A DNA stretch of 32,000 nucleotides from Formosa sp. Hel1_33_131 (lineage in GTDB: Bacteria; Bacteroidota; Bacteroidia; Flavobacteriales; Flavobacteriaceae), in the NCBI RefSeq assembly GCF_001735745.1, contig NZ_CP017260.1, forward strand, positions 2,550,001 through 2,582,000. The letters run 5' to 3'. This document shows positions 1-10,111 of the stretch, piece after piece. Each line of letters begins with the position of its first letter. The first letter of the stretch is position 1. Below the pieces are notes generated by a model. That model saw nothing but the letters and a program-made list of their open reading frames with translations. It had not been told where the DNA came from and ran no database searches. The position numbers were made by a program, and so were the translations under genes.

Positions 1-676
1 GTTGTGTTGGCATGCTGTCATCTACAATACAAGGATTTTTACCGCCCAATTCGAGTGTTAAAGGAGTTAAATAAGGTGCTGCAGCTTTGGCTACAATTTT
101 CCCGACGGGAACACTTCCTGTAAAGAAGATGTAGTCCCAGCGTTCTTTTAAAAGCAAGGTGGTTTCAGGAATACCTCCTTGAATCACTTTGAGGTGTTCG
201 GGTCTAAACACAGCACTTAGGATGTTTTCTAGTAACTGCGAGGTGTGCGTCGTATGCTCACTTGGTTTTAGAACTACTGTATTTCCTGCAGCAATGGCAG
301 CGATGACAGGAGCAATTGCCAACTGAAACGGGTAGTTCCAAGGCGCAATAACCAATACAGTTCCGTAAGGCTCGCTGTAGATGAAATCTCTTGAGGGGAA
401 ATTAAGTCCCGCAGCTCTTATTTTTTTGGGTTTCGACCAAGAGTCAATATGTTTTAAAGTGGCGTCAATTTCAGAGATGATAATACCGACTTCACTAAAA
501 TAAGCTTCAAACTTCGATTTTTTAAAATCCTTATAAAGTGCTTCGTAAATAGCCTCTTCTTTTTTAAGAATCTCTGAACGAAGGTTGCTAAGTAATTTTT
601 TAAGCATTCCGACATCACGAGTGGCACGTGTTTGAAAATACTGTTTTTGAGTCTCTAAAATTAATTTCGCTTCCAT
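1..676 (-). CDS. Aldehyde dehydrogenase, class-3-like; N-terminal ~225 aa only, since the 3' end lies beyond the window
   Basis: I translated this minus-strand frame by hand from the ATG at 676..674. It reads MEAKLILETQKQYFQTRATRDV...APWNYPFQLAIAPVIAAIAAGNTVVLKPSEHT...FFTGSVPVGKIVAKAAAPYLTPLTLELGGKNPCIV. The APWNYP, KPSE and ELGGKNP motifs are typical of the ALDH superfamily. The ORF track omits it because the frame runs off the window. Confidence 0.85.
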   Translation of the reverse strand, partial: MEAKLILETQKQYFQTRATRDVGMLKKLLSNLRSEILKKEEAIYEALYKDFKKSKFEAYFSEVGIIISEIDATLKHIDSWSKPKKIRAAGLNFPSRDFIYSEPYGTVLVIAPWNYPFQLAIAPVIAAIAAGNTVVLKPSEHTTHTSQLLENILSAVFRPEHLKVIQGGIPETTLLLKERWDYIFFTGSVPVGKIVAKAAAPYLTPLTLELGGKNPCIVDDSMPTQ

Positions 677-679
677 AGT

Positions 680-1414
680 TTATACATCAATGTGATTCAT
701 ACATTCCTTCCATAATACCTCGTTTGGAGGGGGCGCAGTAACGGATGTTAACTGCTCATTTACAGGATGTGTAAATGAAATATTTCGGGCGTGTAAATGG
801 ATACTCCCGTCGGGGTTGCTACGGTCAAATCCATATTTCAAATCACCTTTGATAGGACTTCCAACAGTAGATAACTGACTTCTGATTTGGTGGTGTCTTC
901 CCGTTTCAAGATTGACTTCAAGAAGGTGGTAGCGGTCCAAACTATAGATTAATTCATAATGCAGTACCGCCTTTTTACTTTGATCAACTTCTTTAATATA
1001 TGCTTTTGACTTGTTGTTTTTAGGATTTTTCTTAAGCCAGTGAATGAGTGTGTCTTTTAATTTTGAGGGCTTATTCTTCACAACAGCCCAATAAGTTTTA
1101 TTTATTTTTTTGTTCAAAAACAATGCATTCATTCTCGTGAGTGCTTTAGAAGTTTTAGCAAATACAACAATTCCGGTGGTAGGGCGGTCCAACCGATGCG
1201 TGACTCCCAAATAAACAGCCCCTGGTTTGTTGTACTTCTTTTTTATATACCCCTTTACAATATCACTGAGAGGCGTGTCTCCAGTTTTATCACCCTGAAC
1301 AAGGTCTCCAGAGCGTTTATTGATGACTATTAAATGATTGTCTTCATGAAGAATTTGAAGGTTGTCAATATTTGAAACAATCTTATCCATCAATTTAATA
1401 CTGTTCGTTTTCAC
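680..1414 (-). CDS. RluA-family rRNA/tRNA pseudouridine synthase
   Basis: 244-aa ORF with the catalytic HRLDRPTTG motif and the NKTYWAVV and ETGRHHQIR blocks. The start is uncertain: the Met at 1390 (MDKIVSN) would remove the 20-nt overlap with panB. Confidence 0.85.
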   Translation of the reverse strand: MKTNSIKLMDKIVSNIDNLQILHEDNHLIVINKRSGDLVQGDKTGDTPLSDIVKGYIKKKYNKPGAVYLGVTHRLDRPTTGIVVFAKTSKALTRMNALFLNKKINKTYWAVVKNKPSKLKDTLIHWLKKNPKNNKSKAYIKEVDQSKKAVLHYELIYSLDRYHLLEVNLETGRHHQIRSQLSTVGSPIKGDLKYGFDRSNPDGSIHLHARNISFTHPVNEQLTSVTAPPPNEVLWKECMNHIDV

Positions 1415-2213
1415 TAGGAAAGTCAGAAGATTTTACATCGTCAATGTATTGATTGATTGCTGTGGTCATTTCTTCGTGTAGGCTCAAATAGCGACGTAAA
1501 AAACGCGGGTGAAATTCTTGCGTCATTCCAAGCATGTCATGTAATACGAGTACCTGTCCATCAACGCCGCCACCAGCTCCGATTCCAATAACAGGGATGC
1601 TAATACTTTCAGCAACTTGTTGTGCTAAGGCTGCGGGAATTTTTTCAAGGACCAGAGCGAAGCAGCCTAGGCGCTCTAGAAGTTTTGCGTCTTCAATTAG
1701 TCGTAAAGCCTCTTCTTCCTCTTTGGCTCTTACGGTATAAGTTCCAAATTTATAGATCGATTGAGGTGTAAGTCCTAAATGGCCCATGACAGGAATTCCG
1801 GCATTTAATATCTTTTTAATAGAATCTTTAATTTCTTTACCGCCTTCTAACTTTACGGCATGTCCACCACTTTCTTTCATGATGCGAATTGCAGAGCGTA
1901 AGGCTTCTTTAGGGTCACTTTGATAGGTTCCAAAAGGCAAGTCAACCACCACCAGCGCACGATCGATGGCACGTACTACAGAAGACGCGTGGTAAATCAT
2001 TTGATCCAAGGTAATTGGAAGTGTGGTTTCATGGCCTGCCATGACGTTACTGGCAGAGTCTCCTACCAAAATTACGTCAACGCCTGCACCATCTACAATC
2101 TTGGCCATGGTGTAGTCATACGCTGTAAGCATGGATATTTTTTCACCCAAGGACTTCATTTCAATGAGCGATTTTACTGTCACTCTTTTGTATTCTTTTT
2201 TTGATGCTGACAT
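1395..2213 (-). CDS. panB: 3-methyl-2-oxobutanoate hydroxymethyltransferase (ketopantoate hydroxymethyltransferase)
   Basis: 272-aa ORF. The blocks [32 protein letters not shown] and VKLEGG are characteristic of PanB. Confidence 0.9.
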   Translation of the reverse strand: MSASKKEYKRVTVKSLIEMKSLGEKISMLTAYDYTMAKIVDGAGVDVILVGDSASNVMAGHETTLPITLDQMIYHASSVVRAIDRALVVVDLPFGTYQSDPKEALRSAIRIMKESGGHAVKLEGGKEIKDSIKKILNAGIPVMGHLGLTPQSIYKFGTYTVRAKEEEEALRLIEDAKLLERLGCFALVLEKIPAALAQQVAESISIPVIGIGAGGGVDGQVLVLHDMLGMTQEFHPRFLRRYLSLHEEMTTAINQYIDDVKSSDFPSENEQY

Positions 2214-2376
2214 TTTGGTATATAATTTTGATAGATTGTAAATGTACTAAATTAGTATATAAATCCTGCTTTTTGAATAAGAACTAAATAATGAAGCCTA
2301 ATTTGTTGCTAGAGCTGAAGATCGACTGTGTAAATTTTTATCTTAATAGATTGTAAATCAACTAAAGATCACTTTA

Positions 2377-2850
2377 TTAGTCACGTTTTTGAAACAAAGA
2401 ACTATCGAAATCAGTCATTTCAGGATTGCTAAGATTACTTACATTATCTGCAGGAACTACCACAATTCTAAACACAACATCTTGAGTCCAAACAGCACTT
2501 AAATTATCAAAATTTGCAGTGCCCTCTAAAAATAGTTTAACATCAGTCTGTGTAAAATCAAAATTATAGGTGAGCGTTGCACCACCAACAAAAATAGTAC
2601 TTTGTGGTAATAACCTCCAGACATCTTGACCATTATCAGTTTCCCATAAGATATAAACCAAAGTAACATCATATTCAAAAACGTCAAATCCGTATGGTTC
2701 AACAATTTCATAGTTGTTAGAGGGATTAAAATCGACTACAATTTCAAATGCACTAGACACAATTAAACCCCCATCTCGTCCGTCAATTCCTTCTTCAACA
2801 ACACAAGACATAAATAATACAACAGATAACAATGACACTAATTTTTTCAT
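2377..2850 (-). CDS. Hypothetical lipoprotein
   Basis: 157-aa ORF with a lipoprotein signal peptide and lipobox (MKKLVSLLSVVLFMSC). I recognise no family. It is divergent from dnaK. Confidence 0.6.
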   Translation of the reverse strand: MKKLVSLLSVVLFMSCVVEEGIDGRDGGLIVSSAFEIVVDFNPSNNYEIVEPYGFDVFEYDVTLVYILWETDNGQDVWRLLPQSTIFVGGATLTYNFDFTQTDVKLFLEGTANFDNLSAVWTQDVVFRIVVVPADNVSNLSNPEMTDFDSSLFQKRD

Positions 2851-3015
2851 AATGGTTAATTTATTAATTATATCAAAGATACTAATCTGTTGTTTGTTTT
2901 TTAATAAAAGGGAATTTTATTTTTTTTCTGACATCGTGTCAGTCCTATTGTATTGGCACAATGATTGACTTATGGTTTGCGTAATATTTAAATACAAAAT
3001 TAAATTATATAAATT

Positions 3016-4911
3016 ATGAGTAAGATTATTGGAATCGATTTGGGAACTACAAACTCTTGTGTTTCCGTCATGGAAGGAAATGAGCCCGTTGTCATCACAA
3101 ATGCTGAAGGACAACGTACAACCCCATCTGTCATCGCTTTTGTGGATGGTGGTGAAATCAAAGTAGGAGACCCTGCAAAACGTCAAGCGGTCACCAATCC
3201 TACAAAAACCGTTTATTCAATTAAACGTTTTATGGGAAACAAATTCTCAGAGTCTAAACAAGAAGTAGGTCGTGTCCCTTACAAAGTAGTCAAAGGAGAC
3301 AACGATACGCCACGTGTAGATATTGATGGTCGTTTATATACGCCACAAGAATTATCGGCAATGGTACTTCAAAAAATGAAGAAAACTGCTGAAGAGTTTT
3401 TGGATCAAGAAGTTACAGAAGCGGTAATTACAGTGCCTGCTTATTTTAACGATGCACAACGCCAAGCAACCAAAGAAGCTGGTGAGATTGCAGGATTAAA
3501 AGTAAGACGTATTATTAATGAGCCTACAGCGGCTGCATTGGCATACGGAATGGACAAGAAAGGAAAAGATCAAACCATTGTTGTTTTTGATTTTGGTGGA
3601 GGAACACATGATGTTTCGGTATTGGAATTAGGAGACGGCGTTTTTGAAGTACTAGCGACGGATGGTGACACGCACTTAGGTGGAGATGATGTTGATGAAA
3701 AAATCATCAACTGGTTAGCAGAAGAATTTATAGCGGATGAAAACTTAGACTTACGTAAAGATCCTATGGCGCTTCAACGTTTAAAAGAAGCAGCTGAAAA
3801 AGCGAAGATTGAATTGTCATCTTCTGCACAAACAGAAATCAACTTGCCTTATGTGACAGCGACTGCAAGCGGCCCAAAACACTTGGTACGTTCATTGTCA
3901 AAAGCAAAGTTTGAGCAATTAATTGACGACTTAGTAAAAAGAACAATTGAGCCATGTCAAACGGCTTTAAAAGCAGCAGGCTTGTCAACAAGTGACATTG
4001 ATGAAATTATTTTAGTAGGAGGTTCTACTCGAATTCCTGCGGTTCAAGAAGCGGTAGAGAAATTCTTTGGAAAGAAACCTAATAAAGGAGTAAATCCTGA
4101 TGAGGTTGTTGCTGTAGGTGCTGCCATCCAAGGTGGGGTATTAACAGGAGATGTGAAGGATGTATTATTATTAGACGTTACACCATTGTCTTTAGGAATT
4201 GAAACTATGGGGAATGTAATGACTAAATTAATTGAGTCTAACACAACCATCCCAACTAAAAAATCTCAAGTATTCTCAACAGCAGCAGACAATCAGCCTT
4301 CAGTTGAAATTCACGTCCTTCAAGGAGAGCGTGCCATGGCAGCAGATAATAAAACGATTGGACGTTTTCATTTAGATGGACTTCCACCAGCACAGAGAGG
4401 AACACCACAAATTGAAGTGACATTTGATATTGATGCCAATGGAATCATCAAAGTTTCCGCAACGGACAAAGCAACCAACAAAACTCAAGACATTCGTATT
4501 GAAGCGTCTTCTGGATTGACAGATGAAGAAATCCAAAAAATGAAACAAGATGCAGAGGCTAATGCAGATTCAGATGCGAAAGCTAAAGAAACAGCAGATA
4601 AGTTGAATGCTGCTGATGGTATGATTTTTCAAACAGAAAATCAGCTTAAAGAATTTGGTGATAAATTATCGGATGATAAGAAACAACCAATTGAAGCTGC
4701 ATTGGAAGAATTGAAAGCGGCCTATGAATCTAAAGACATCGCGGTTATTGACCCAGCTTTAGAGAAAATTAACGAAGCATGGAAAGTTGCTAGCGAAGAA
4801 ATGTACAAAGCACAAGAAGGTGCCCAAGGTACTCCTGCGGATGCTGCTCCAGATGCTGAAGCGTCTCAAGAAGATAATGTTGAAGATGTAGATTTCGAAG
4901 AAGTGAAATAA
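3016..4911 (+). CDS. dnaK: Molecular chaperone DnaK (Hsp70)
   Basis: 631 aa. Contains [19 protein letters not shown], the [13 protein letters not shown] block, and an acidic C-terminus ending EEVK. Confidence 0.97.
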   Translation: MSKIIGIDLGTTNSCVSVMEGNEPVVITNAEGQRTTPSVIAFVDGGEIKVGDPAKRQAVTNPTKTVYSIKRFMGNKFSESKQEVGRVPYKVVKGDNDTPRVDIDGRLYTPQELSAMVLQKMKKTAEEFLDQEVTEAVITVPAYFNDAQRQATKEAGEIAGLKVRRIINEPTAAALAYGMDKKGKDQTIVVFDFGGGTHDVSVLELGDGVFEVLATDGDTHLGGDDVDEKIINWLAEEFIADENLDLRKDPMALQRLKEAAEKAKIELSSSAQTEINLPYVTATASGPKHLVRSLSKAKFEQLIDDLVKRTIEPCQTALKAAGLSTSDIDEIILVGGSTRIPAVQEAVEKFFGKKPNKGVNPDEVVAVGAAIQGGVLTGDVKDVLLLDVTPLSLGIETMGNVMTKLIESNTTIPTKKSQVFSTAADNQPSVEIHVLQGERAMAADNKTIGRFHLDGLPPAQRGTPQIEVTFDIDANGIIKVSATDKATNKTQDIRIEASSGLTDEEIQKMKQDAEANADSDAKAKETADKLNAADGMIFQTENQLKEFGDKLSDDKKQPIEAALEELKAAYESKDIAVIDPALEKINEAWKVASEEMYKAQEGAQGTPADAAPDAEASQEDNVEDVDFEEVK

Positions 4912-4933
4912 CAGTTAGTTTTGTTTAATACAG

Positions 4934-4969
4934 AAAAGCACAATCAGTTTATGGTTGTGCTTTTTTTTT
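4934..4969 (+). terminator. Intrinsic terminator after dnaK, probably bidirectional; it overlaps the last codons of blh
   Basis: The sequence is AAAAGCACAA-N11-TTGTGCTTTT followed by a T-run through 4969. The core stem pairs 4937-4943 with 4955-4961. The blh stop codon (4949-4951) sits in the loop. Confidence 0.75.
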
Positions 4970-5845
4970 GGAAAACATTCTGAGCATTACAAAAGCATGT
5001 GGAAATGTAACCGCAGCTATAAATGAAAAGAACAAGGGATAGAACTGTTTCTCACTACTAAAAATCGCATATAGAATAACCATTCCTATCAATGAAATAA
5101 TCCAGTAGGGCACGGCTGCTTTGCAGTACTTTAAAGCTGAGGTTGTTTTAGTGTTCCCGTAGATAAATGTAATTTGTTCTATTAAGGAAGGGATACTGTG
5201 CCAAAGAATGAAATAAATAGCAAACCCCCATATCAAAGAAGAGGAACTGAAAATCATTGCCAAAACAATTAAAGTGAACAGTTCTTTTAAAACAACTTCT
5301 ATAGCCAGGCGTTTTTTGAGAAACGCCACACTTAAAACAAGTCCCACGAAACCACCTAACACGATTAATATATGGGGTGTGTATAAATGAGCGATCTCGT
5401 AGCCAGTAATTTCAAATACAATCGATTTCACTGCCGCATCGTTAAAAGCAAACAATAGATATAGAATTAACATTCCGTAAGAAAAGTAAAATATAGATTT
5501 AAGAGTGGTATTTAATTTTGAAAAACGATGATCCCAATGCTGTTCTCCAAAATGGTAAGCGCTAAATAACATAAACAGAATCATTGCTAGGGAAGGCATC
5601 AAATAAAAAACTAAAATTGCAACCGAGACTATTAATAGGTAGGCGACAAGGAGTGTGAATTTAGAATAGTGTTTTACATTTTTTAAAATTTTATTAACAA
5701 TAAGTAAATCGTTAGATCCATGGATCATTCCAAATGTAAATATTAAAATAAAACCCAAAATAAGCTCAAAACTCTCTGGGACATGGGTAGTTATCCATAA
5801 GCCTAAGAAGCTTGAGACGATTGAGAAATTGAAAATATTCTTCAT
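4949..5845 (-). CDS. blh: Brp/Blh-family beta-carotene 15,15'-dioxygenase (retinal synthesis)
   Basis: 298-aa polytopic membrane protein. It has the spaced His motifs of the family (MIHGSNDL, YHFGEQHW, LWHSIPS, TFPHAF). It lies divergently adjacent to the rhodopsin gene. Confidence 0.85.
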   Translation of the reverse strand: MKNIFNFSIVSSFLGLWITTHVPESFELILGFILIFTFGMIHGSNDLLIVNKILKNVKHYSKFTLLVAYLLIVSVAILVFYLMPSLAMILFMLFSAYHFGEQHWDHRFSKLNTTLKSIFYFSYGMLILYLLFAFNDAAVKSIVFEITGYEIAHLYTPHILIVLGGFVGLVLSVAFLKKRLAIEVVLKELFTLIVLAMIFSSSSLIWGFAIYFILWHSIPSLIEQITFIYGNTKTTSALKYCKAAVPYWIISLIGMVILYAIFSSEKQFYPLFFSFIAAVTFPHAFVMLRMFSKKKAQP

Positions 5846-5915
5846 AAAATAGTGTTAAATACGTGGTCTGAGGCTACAAATTTACGAAATACTCAACAAT
5901 TAGTTTAATTTTTTA

Positions 5916-5923
5916 TATATTTG
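5916..5923 (+). promoter_or_regulatory. Bacteroidota -7 promoter motif (TAnnTTTG) upstream of the proteorhodopsin gene
   Basis: TATATTTG lies 33 nt upstream of the ATG at 5956, inside the 110-bp blh/rhodopsin divergent intergenic region. Confidence 0.45.
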
Positions 5924-5955
5924 TTTAAACAAAAAACTAACTAAACTTTTAAAAA

Positions 5956-6690
5956 ATGACAAACTTAATTTTACCTTTTGCAAACAAGGTTGCCCTTATG
6001 GCAGACACGGATTACGTAGGCTTTACGTTCTTTATTGGATGTATGGCAATGATGGCAGCTTCTGCCTTTTTCTTTTTATCTTTAAATCAATTTGACAAAA
6101 AATGGAGAACTTCTGTTTTAGTTTCTGGTTTAATTACATTTATTGCAGCTGTACACTATATGTACATGAGAGACTATTGGGGAGAACATCAAGTATCACC
6201 AACGTTCTTTCGTTATGTAGATTGGATTCTTACGGTGCCATTAATGTGCGTTGAATTTTACTTAATCCTAAAATTAGCTGGTGCTAAAAAATCTTTACTT
6301 ACTAAAATGATTGGACTTTCAGTGATCATGTTAGTAACTGGTTACTTAGGAGAAACTGTTTTTTCTGAGCAAGCATCTATGTGGGGCTTTTTCTCTGCTG
6401 TAGCATACTTTGCTATCGTTTACGAAATATGGCTTGGTGGAGCAGCAAAATTAGCTAAAGAAGCTGGTGGCGATGTATTAGCAGCTCACAAAATTCTTTG
6501 CTGGTTTGTACTTGTTGGATGGATCATCTATCCATTAGGTTACTTAGTAGGTACAGCTGACGGACAGTGGTATTCTTCTTTTGCAAACCTTGGACTAGAC
6601 ATGGATGTATTATACAACATTGCAGATGCAATCAACAAAATCGGATTCGGTTTAGTGATCTACAGCTTAGCAGTTAAGAAAACAGCTTAA
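5956..6690 (+). CDS. Proteorhodopsin, predicted to be a light-driven H+ pump (DTE motif)
   Basis: 244-aa protein with seven transmembrane helices. RYVDWILTVPLMCVEFY gives Asp89, Thr93 and Glu100, which correspond to D97, T101 and E108 of green proteorhodopsin. Met97 sits at tuning position 105. The Schiff-base Lys228 lies in ADAINKIGFG. His67 lies in AAVHYMYMRD. Confidence 0.92.
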   Translation: MTNLILPFANKVALMADTDYVGFTFFIGCMAMMAASAFFFLSLNQFDKKWRTSVLVSGLITFIAAVHYMYMRDYWGEHQVSPTFFRYVDWILTVPLMCVEFYLILKLAGAKKSLLTKMIGLSVIMLVTGYLGETVFSEQASMWGFFSAVAYFAIVYEIWLGGAAKLAKEAGGDVLAAHKILCWFVLVGWIIYPLGYLVGTADGQWYSSFANLGLDMDVLYNIADAINKIGFGLVIYSLAVKKTA

Positions 6691-6719
6691 TTATAGAATA
6701 CAAGTAGATATTGAATTAA

Positions 6720-6749
6720 GACTGTCTGAAAAGGCAGTCTTTTTTTTTG
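6720..6749 (+). terminator. Intrinsic terminator after the proteorhodopsin gene
   Basis: AGACTGTC-TGAAAA-GGCAGTCT (8-bp stem including one G.U pair) is followed by a run of nine T. Confidence 0.8.
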
Positions 6750-6822
6750 CCTTTTTTTAACGGTATCGGGTTATTGACTTCATCGTTGATTTTTGTAACT
6801 TTACACTCAAATCACACTAGAA

Positions 6823-7248
6823 ATGAGTCCAACAAAAGATCAGATTATAAAGGCTGCAACCGCAGCTTGTAAAGATACCTTAATGGAAACCCTTAACATC
6901 GAATTTGTAGATGCAGGGGAAGACTTTGTAATTGCTAAAATGCCCGTCAATAAACGTGTGTATCAACCCGATGGAGTACTTCACGGAGGTGCTACAGCGG
7001 CACTCGCTGAAACTGTCGGAAGTTTTGCCGCACATATTTTTTTAGATACCAAAAACTATTTTGTGAGAGGAATTGATATCTCTGCCAACCACATCAAAAG
7101 TGTGAAAGAAGGCTTTGTATATGCCAAAGCAACCTTTATTCACAGAGGAAGAACCATGCAGATTTTTAATATCGAAGTCACAGACGATCAAAATCAATTG
7201 GTTTCTTCTTGTAAACTGACCACCGTTTCACTTCCTAAAGAACGCTAA
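6823..7248 (+). CDS. PaaI/hotdog-fold thioesterase, probably 1,4-dihydroxy-2-naphthoyl-CoA hydrolase
   Basis: 141-aa ORF. The GVLHGGATAALAETVGS block is typical of PaaI/YdiI thioesterases. It lies 3 nt upstream of menF at the head of the men cluster. The specific substrate is inferred from this context. Confidence 0.7.
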   Translation: MSPTKDQIIKAATAACKDTLMETLNIEFVDAGEDFVIAKMPVNKRVYQPDGVLHGGATAALAETVGSFAAHIFLDTKNYFVRGIDISANHIKSVKEGFVYAKATFIHRGRTMQIFNIEVTDDQNQLVSSCKLTTVSLPKER

Positions 7249-7251
7249 CCG

Positions 7252-8364
7252 ATGACCTCGACTGATTTTTTCGATCAAATAAATACAGCGATCCAATCGA
7301 AACGATCCTTTGTGCTTTTTTCCAAACCAGAAAATCAAGCTATAAAAGCATATATACAAACGACTACAGAGAATCATATCATTAATGATTATTCTGAGAG
7401 TGGATTTGTATTTGCACCCTTTGATTCTAAAAAAGACAGTTATTACATCCCCTTAGAAGATTCATCAGTTATAAAGCTAGAACAGCTGGAGTTTGAAGTG
7501 TTTTCTGAAACAAGTCCTCTCCACTCAATGGATTCTACAGGCGATCATTTAAACTTGGTGTCTAAAGCGATTGATGAAATAAAAGCTACGGATTTAGAAA
7601 AGGTCGTGCTTTCAAGAGAGTTCAAATTTAATTTAGAGGACTCAAACCCGATTGAGATTTTCAAGAAATTAGCACAAAATTATTCATCTGCGTTTACCTA
7701 TTGTTGGTTTCATCCTGAAACAGGATTTTGGTTGGGCGCATCCCCTGAAAGTCTACTAAAACTAGAAGGCAAGTCAGTATCTACAATGGCACTAGCGGGA
7801 ACCCAAATTTTTAAATCTTCTGAGCAAGTCCAGTGGGATTCAAAAAACATGGAAGAACATGCGTTTGTAACTGATTATTTGCTTGAAGTTCTATCGGATT
7901 ATTTAGAGCCCATTAAAACGTCTGGACCACATACACTCAAAGCGGGGGAATTGTTGCACTTGCAAACACTTATAACGGGACGCTTAAAACCGACATACCA
8001 AAGTTTAAAACAGCTATTGAGGGCAATGCATCCCACGCCAGCGGTGTGTGGTACGCCTAGAAATAGGGCGTTAGAATTTATCAATTCAATGGAATCCTAC
8101 GATCGTGAGTATTATGCTGGTTTTTTTGGAGAATTAAATATTCCTTCAAAATCAACTTTTAGGAATTCCAAAAGAAATATTGAAAACAGAGCCTACCAAA
8201 CAGAACGTAAATCTACCCACCTTGCGGTAAATTTGCGCTGCATGCAGTTAAAAGACACTTTGGCAGTTCTTTACAGTGGAGGTGGGATTACAAAAGACTC
8301 CGATCCTTTGTCCGAATTTACGGAGACTGAAAACAAGATTCAAACCATAAAAAAGGTACTCTAA
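7252..8364 (+). CDS. menF: Isochorismate synthase
   Basis: 370-aa chorismate-binding enzyme. Contains RAMHPTPAVCGTP, EYYAGFFGE and GGGITKDSDPLSEFTETENK. Sits in a men-cluster context. Confidence 0.85.
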   Translation: MTSTDFFDQINTAIQSKRSFVLFSKPENQAIKAYIQTTTENHIINDYSESGFVFAPFDSKKDSYYIPLEDSSVIKLEQLEFEVFSETSPLHSMDSTGDHLNLVSKAIDEIKATDLEKVVLSREFKFNLEDSNPIEIFKKLAQNYSSAFTYCWFHPETGFWLGASPESLLKLEGKSVSTMALAGTQIFKSSEQVQWDSKNMEEHAFVTDYLLEVLSDYLEPIKTSGPHTLKAGELLHLQTLITGRLKPTYQSLKQLLRAMHPTPAVCGTPRNRALEFINSMESYDREYYAGFFGELNIPSKSTFRNSKRNIENRAYQTERKSTHLAVNLRCMQLKDTLAVLYSGGGITKDSDPLSEFTETENKIQTIKKVL

Positions 8365-8416
8365 ACCTTTAGGAAATATTTATTATTTCATTTCATTTTA
8401 AACCCTAAAAATTAAA

Positions 8417-8424
8417 TAACTTTG
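8417..8424 (+). promoter_or_regulatory. TAnnTTTG -7 motif immediately upstream of menD
   Basis: TAACTTTG(TGG) ends 7 nt before the ATG at 8432. Confidence 0.4.
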
Positions 8425-8431
8425 TGGGGCA

Positions 8432-10111
8432 ATGATACAGTCAAAACAGCCCTTAGCGCAATCGATTATTCAACTCTGTAAAAGTCATAATATTCAGCAT
8501 ATTGTGATTTCACCTGGGAGTCGAAATGCACCTTTGACAATCGGGTTTACAAATCATGAATTCTTTGAATGTTACAGTATTGTAGATGAGCGTTCTGCTG
8601 GGTTTTTTGCATTGGGTATGGCACAGCAACTACAACAACCTGTCGCCTTGGTATGTACTTCTGGAAGTGCTCTCGTTAATTATTATCCTGCGGTGACCGA
8701 AGCGTTTTACAGCCGGGTTCCGCTTGTTGTGATTTCTGCAGACCGCCCAGAGTACCTTATCAATATTGGGGATGGTCAGACCATTACACAACCCCATGTT
8801 TTTGGTGCACATATTCTGTATGAAGCCAACCTAAAAGAACATTTTAAAAAGTCCTTTTTAAAAACGATTAAAAATAATGATTCGCTTATTGAAAAGGCAC
8901 TTCATATTTCAAAATCGGAGTGTGGGCCCGTTCATATCAATGTGCCATTTTCGGAGCCTTTATACGATACCACTGAGGAATTTACGTCCGAGCTAAATCC
9001 GACTAAAATAAAAATAAACAACCCATCTTTTTCTCTGTCAAAAACAGATGTCAAAAAATGGCATTCGTCCAAGCGAAAAATGATTTTGGTAGGAGTGAAC
9101 CCGCCTAATAGCGTTCAAGAAATATATTTGAAATTGATTGCAGAAGACCCTTCTGTGATTGTGCTTACAGAAACGACTTCAAATTTACATCATCCAAATT
9201 TTTTCGCCAGTATCGATCAATTAATCACCCCTTTGGATGCGACGGATTTTGAGGCGCTTCAGCCTGATTTATTACTTACATTCGGTGGAATGATTGTTTC
9301 TAAAAAGATTAAAACATTTTTACGAACCAATCCTCCAAAAATACACTGGCATATAGATGAGGTTCTTGCTAACGACACTTTTTTTTGTTTGACAAAACAT
9401 TTTAAATGCGCCGTCAATACATTTTTTGAGCAACTCCATAGTTCCAGTCATTCGTATTTAGTAAGCACCTATTTTGAAACATGGAATCATGTCAAAATAC
9501 GCCGACTCCAAAAACACAAAAAATATATAAAATCGATTCCGTTTAGTGATTTCAAAGCATTTGACCGTATTTTGAAACACATTCCAAGCGATTCTATGGT
9601 GCAGTCAAGTAATAGCTCTACCATACGCTACTTGCAGTTGTTTGAAATGAATCCAAGCTTGACTGTGTTTTGTAACCGTGGCACGAGTGGCATTGACGGA
9701 TCGACAAGTACCGCCATAGGTGCGGCACGTATTTCAAAGCAACCAACGGTTTTTATTACAGGGGATTTAAGTTTTTTCTACGACAGCAATGCCCTTTGGA
9801 ATAACTACATTCCTTCAAGCTTCAGAATTATAATCATCAATAATAGGGGTGGAGGGATTTTTAGAATTTTACCGGGAAATAAAAATTCCGAAAATTTCAG
9901 CACATTTGTTGAAACCAACCATTTGCTCACTGCCGAACCAATATCTAAACTCTTTAACCTGGAGTATGCGTCTGCAAACACAGGGGAGGAATTAGAAGTT
10001 GCTTTAGAAAATTTTTACAAACAAAGTTCGCGACCAAAAATATTAGAAGTGTTTACACCTTCATCTGAAAACGACCAGATTCTACTCTCGTATTTCGATT
10101 TCGTAAAATAA
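8432..10111 (+). CDS. menD: 2-succinyl-5-enolpyruvyl-6-hydroxy-3-cyclohexene-1-carboxylate (SEPHCHC) synthase
   Basis: 559 aa. The N-terminal PGSRNAPL block and the ThDP motif GDLSFFYDSNALWN...IIIINNRGGGIF are present. Confidence 0.9.
   Translation: MIQSKQPLAQSIIQLCKSHNIQHIVISPGSRNAPLTIGFTNHEFFECYSIVDERSAGFFALGMAQQLQQPVALVCTSGSALVNYYPAVTEAFYSRVPLVVISADRPEYLINIGDGQTITQPHVFGAHILYEANLKEHFKKSFLKTIKNNDSLIEKALHISKSECGPVHINVPFSEPLYDTTEEFTSELNPTKIKINNPSFSLSKTDVKKWHSSKRKMILVGVNPPNSVQEIYLKLIAEDPSVIVLTETTSNLHHPNFFASIDQLITPLDATDFEALQPDLLLTFGGMIVSKKIKTFLRTNPPKIHWHIDEVLANDTFFCLTKHFKCAVNTFFEQLHSSSHSYLVSTYFETWNHVKIRRLQKHKKYIKSIPFSDFKAFDRILKHIPSDSMVQSSNSSTIRYLQLFEMNPSLTVFCNRGTSGIDGSTSTAIGAARISKQPTVFITGDLSFFYDSNALWNNYIPSSFRIIIINNRGGGIFRILPGNKNSENFSTFVETNHLLTAEPISKLFNLEYASANTGEELEVALENFYKQSSRPKILEVFTPSSENDQILLSYFDFVK

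Noticed and set aside
1534-2204. Plus-strand ORFs (68 and 94 aa) antisense to panB
   Set aside because: They are antisense shadows of a conserved gene, with an implausible composition (Ser/Pro/Ala/Cys/His-rich). They have no start context.
2928-2942. Palindrome CTGACA-TCG-TGTCAG upstream of dnaK, considered as a possible CIRCE/HrcA operator or terminator
   Set aside because: It does not match the CIRCE consensus (TTAGCACTC-N9-GAGTGCTAA). Its T-run precedes the stem on the plus strand, and on the minus strand the stem is followed by an A-run. It is therefore not a terminator on either strand, and a 6-bp stem alone is weak evidence.
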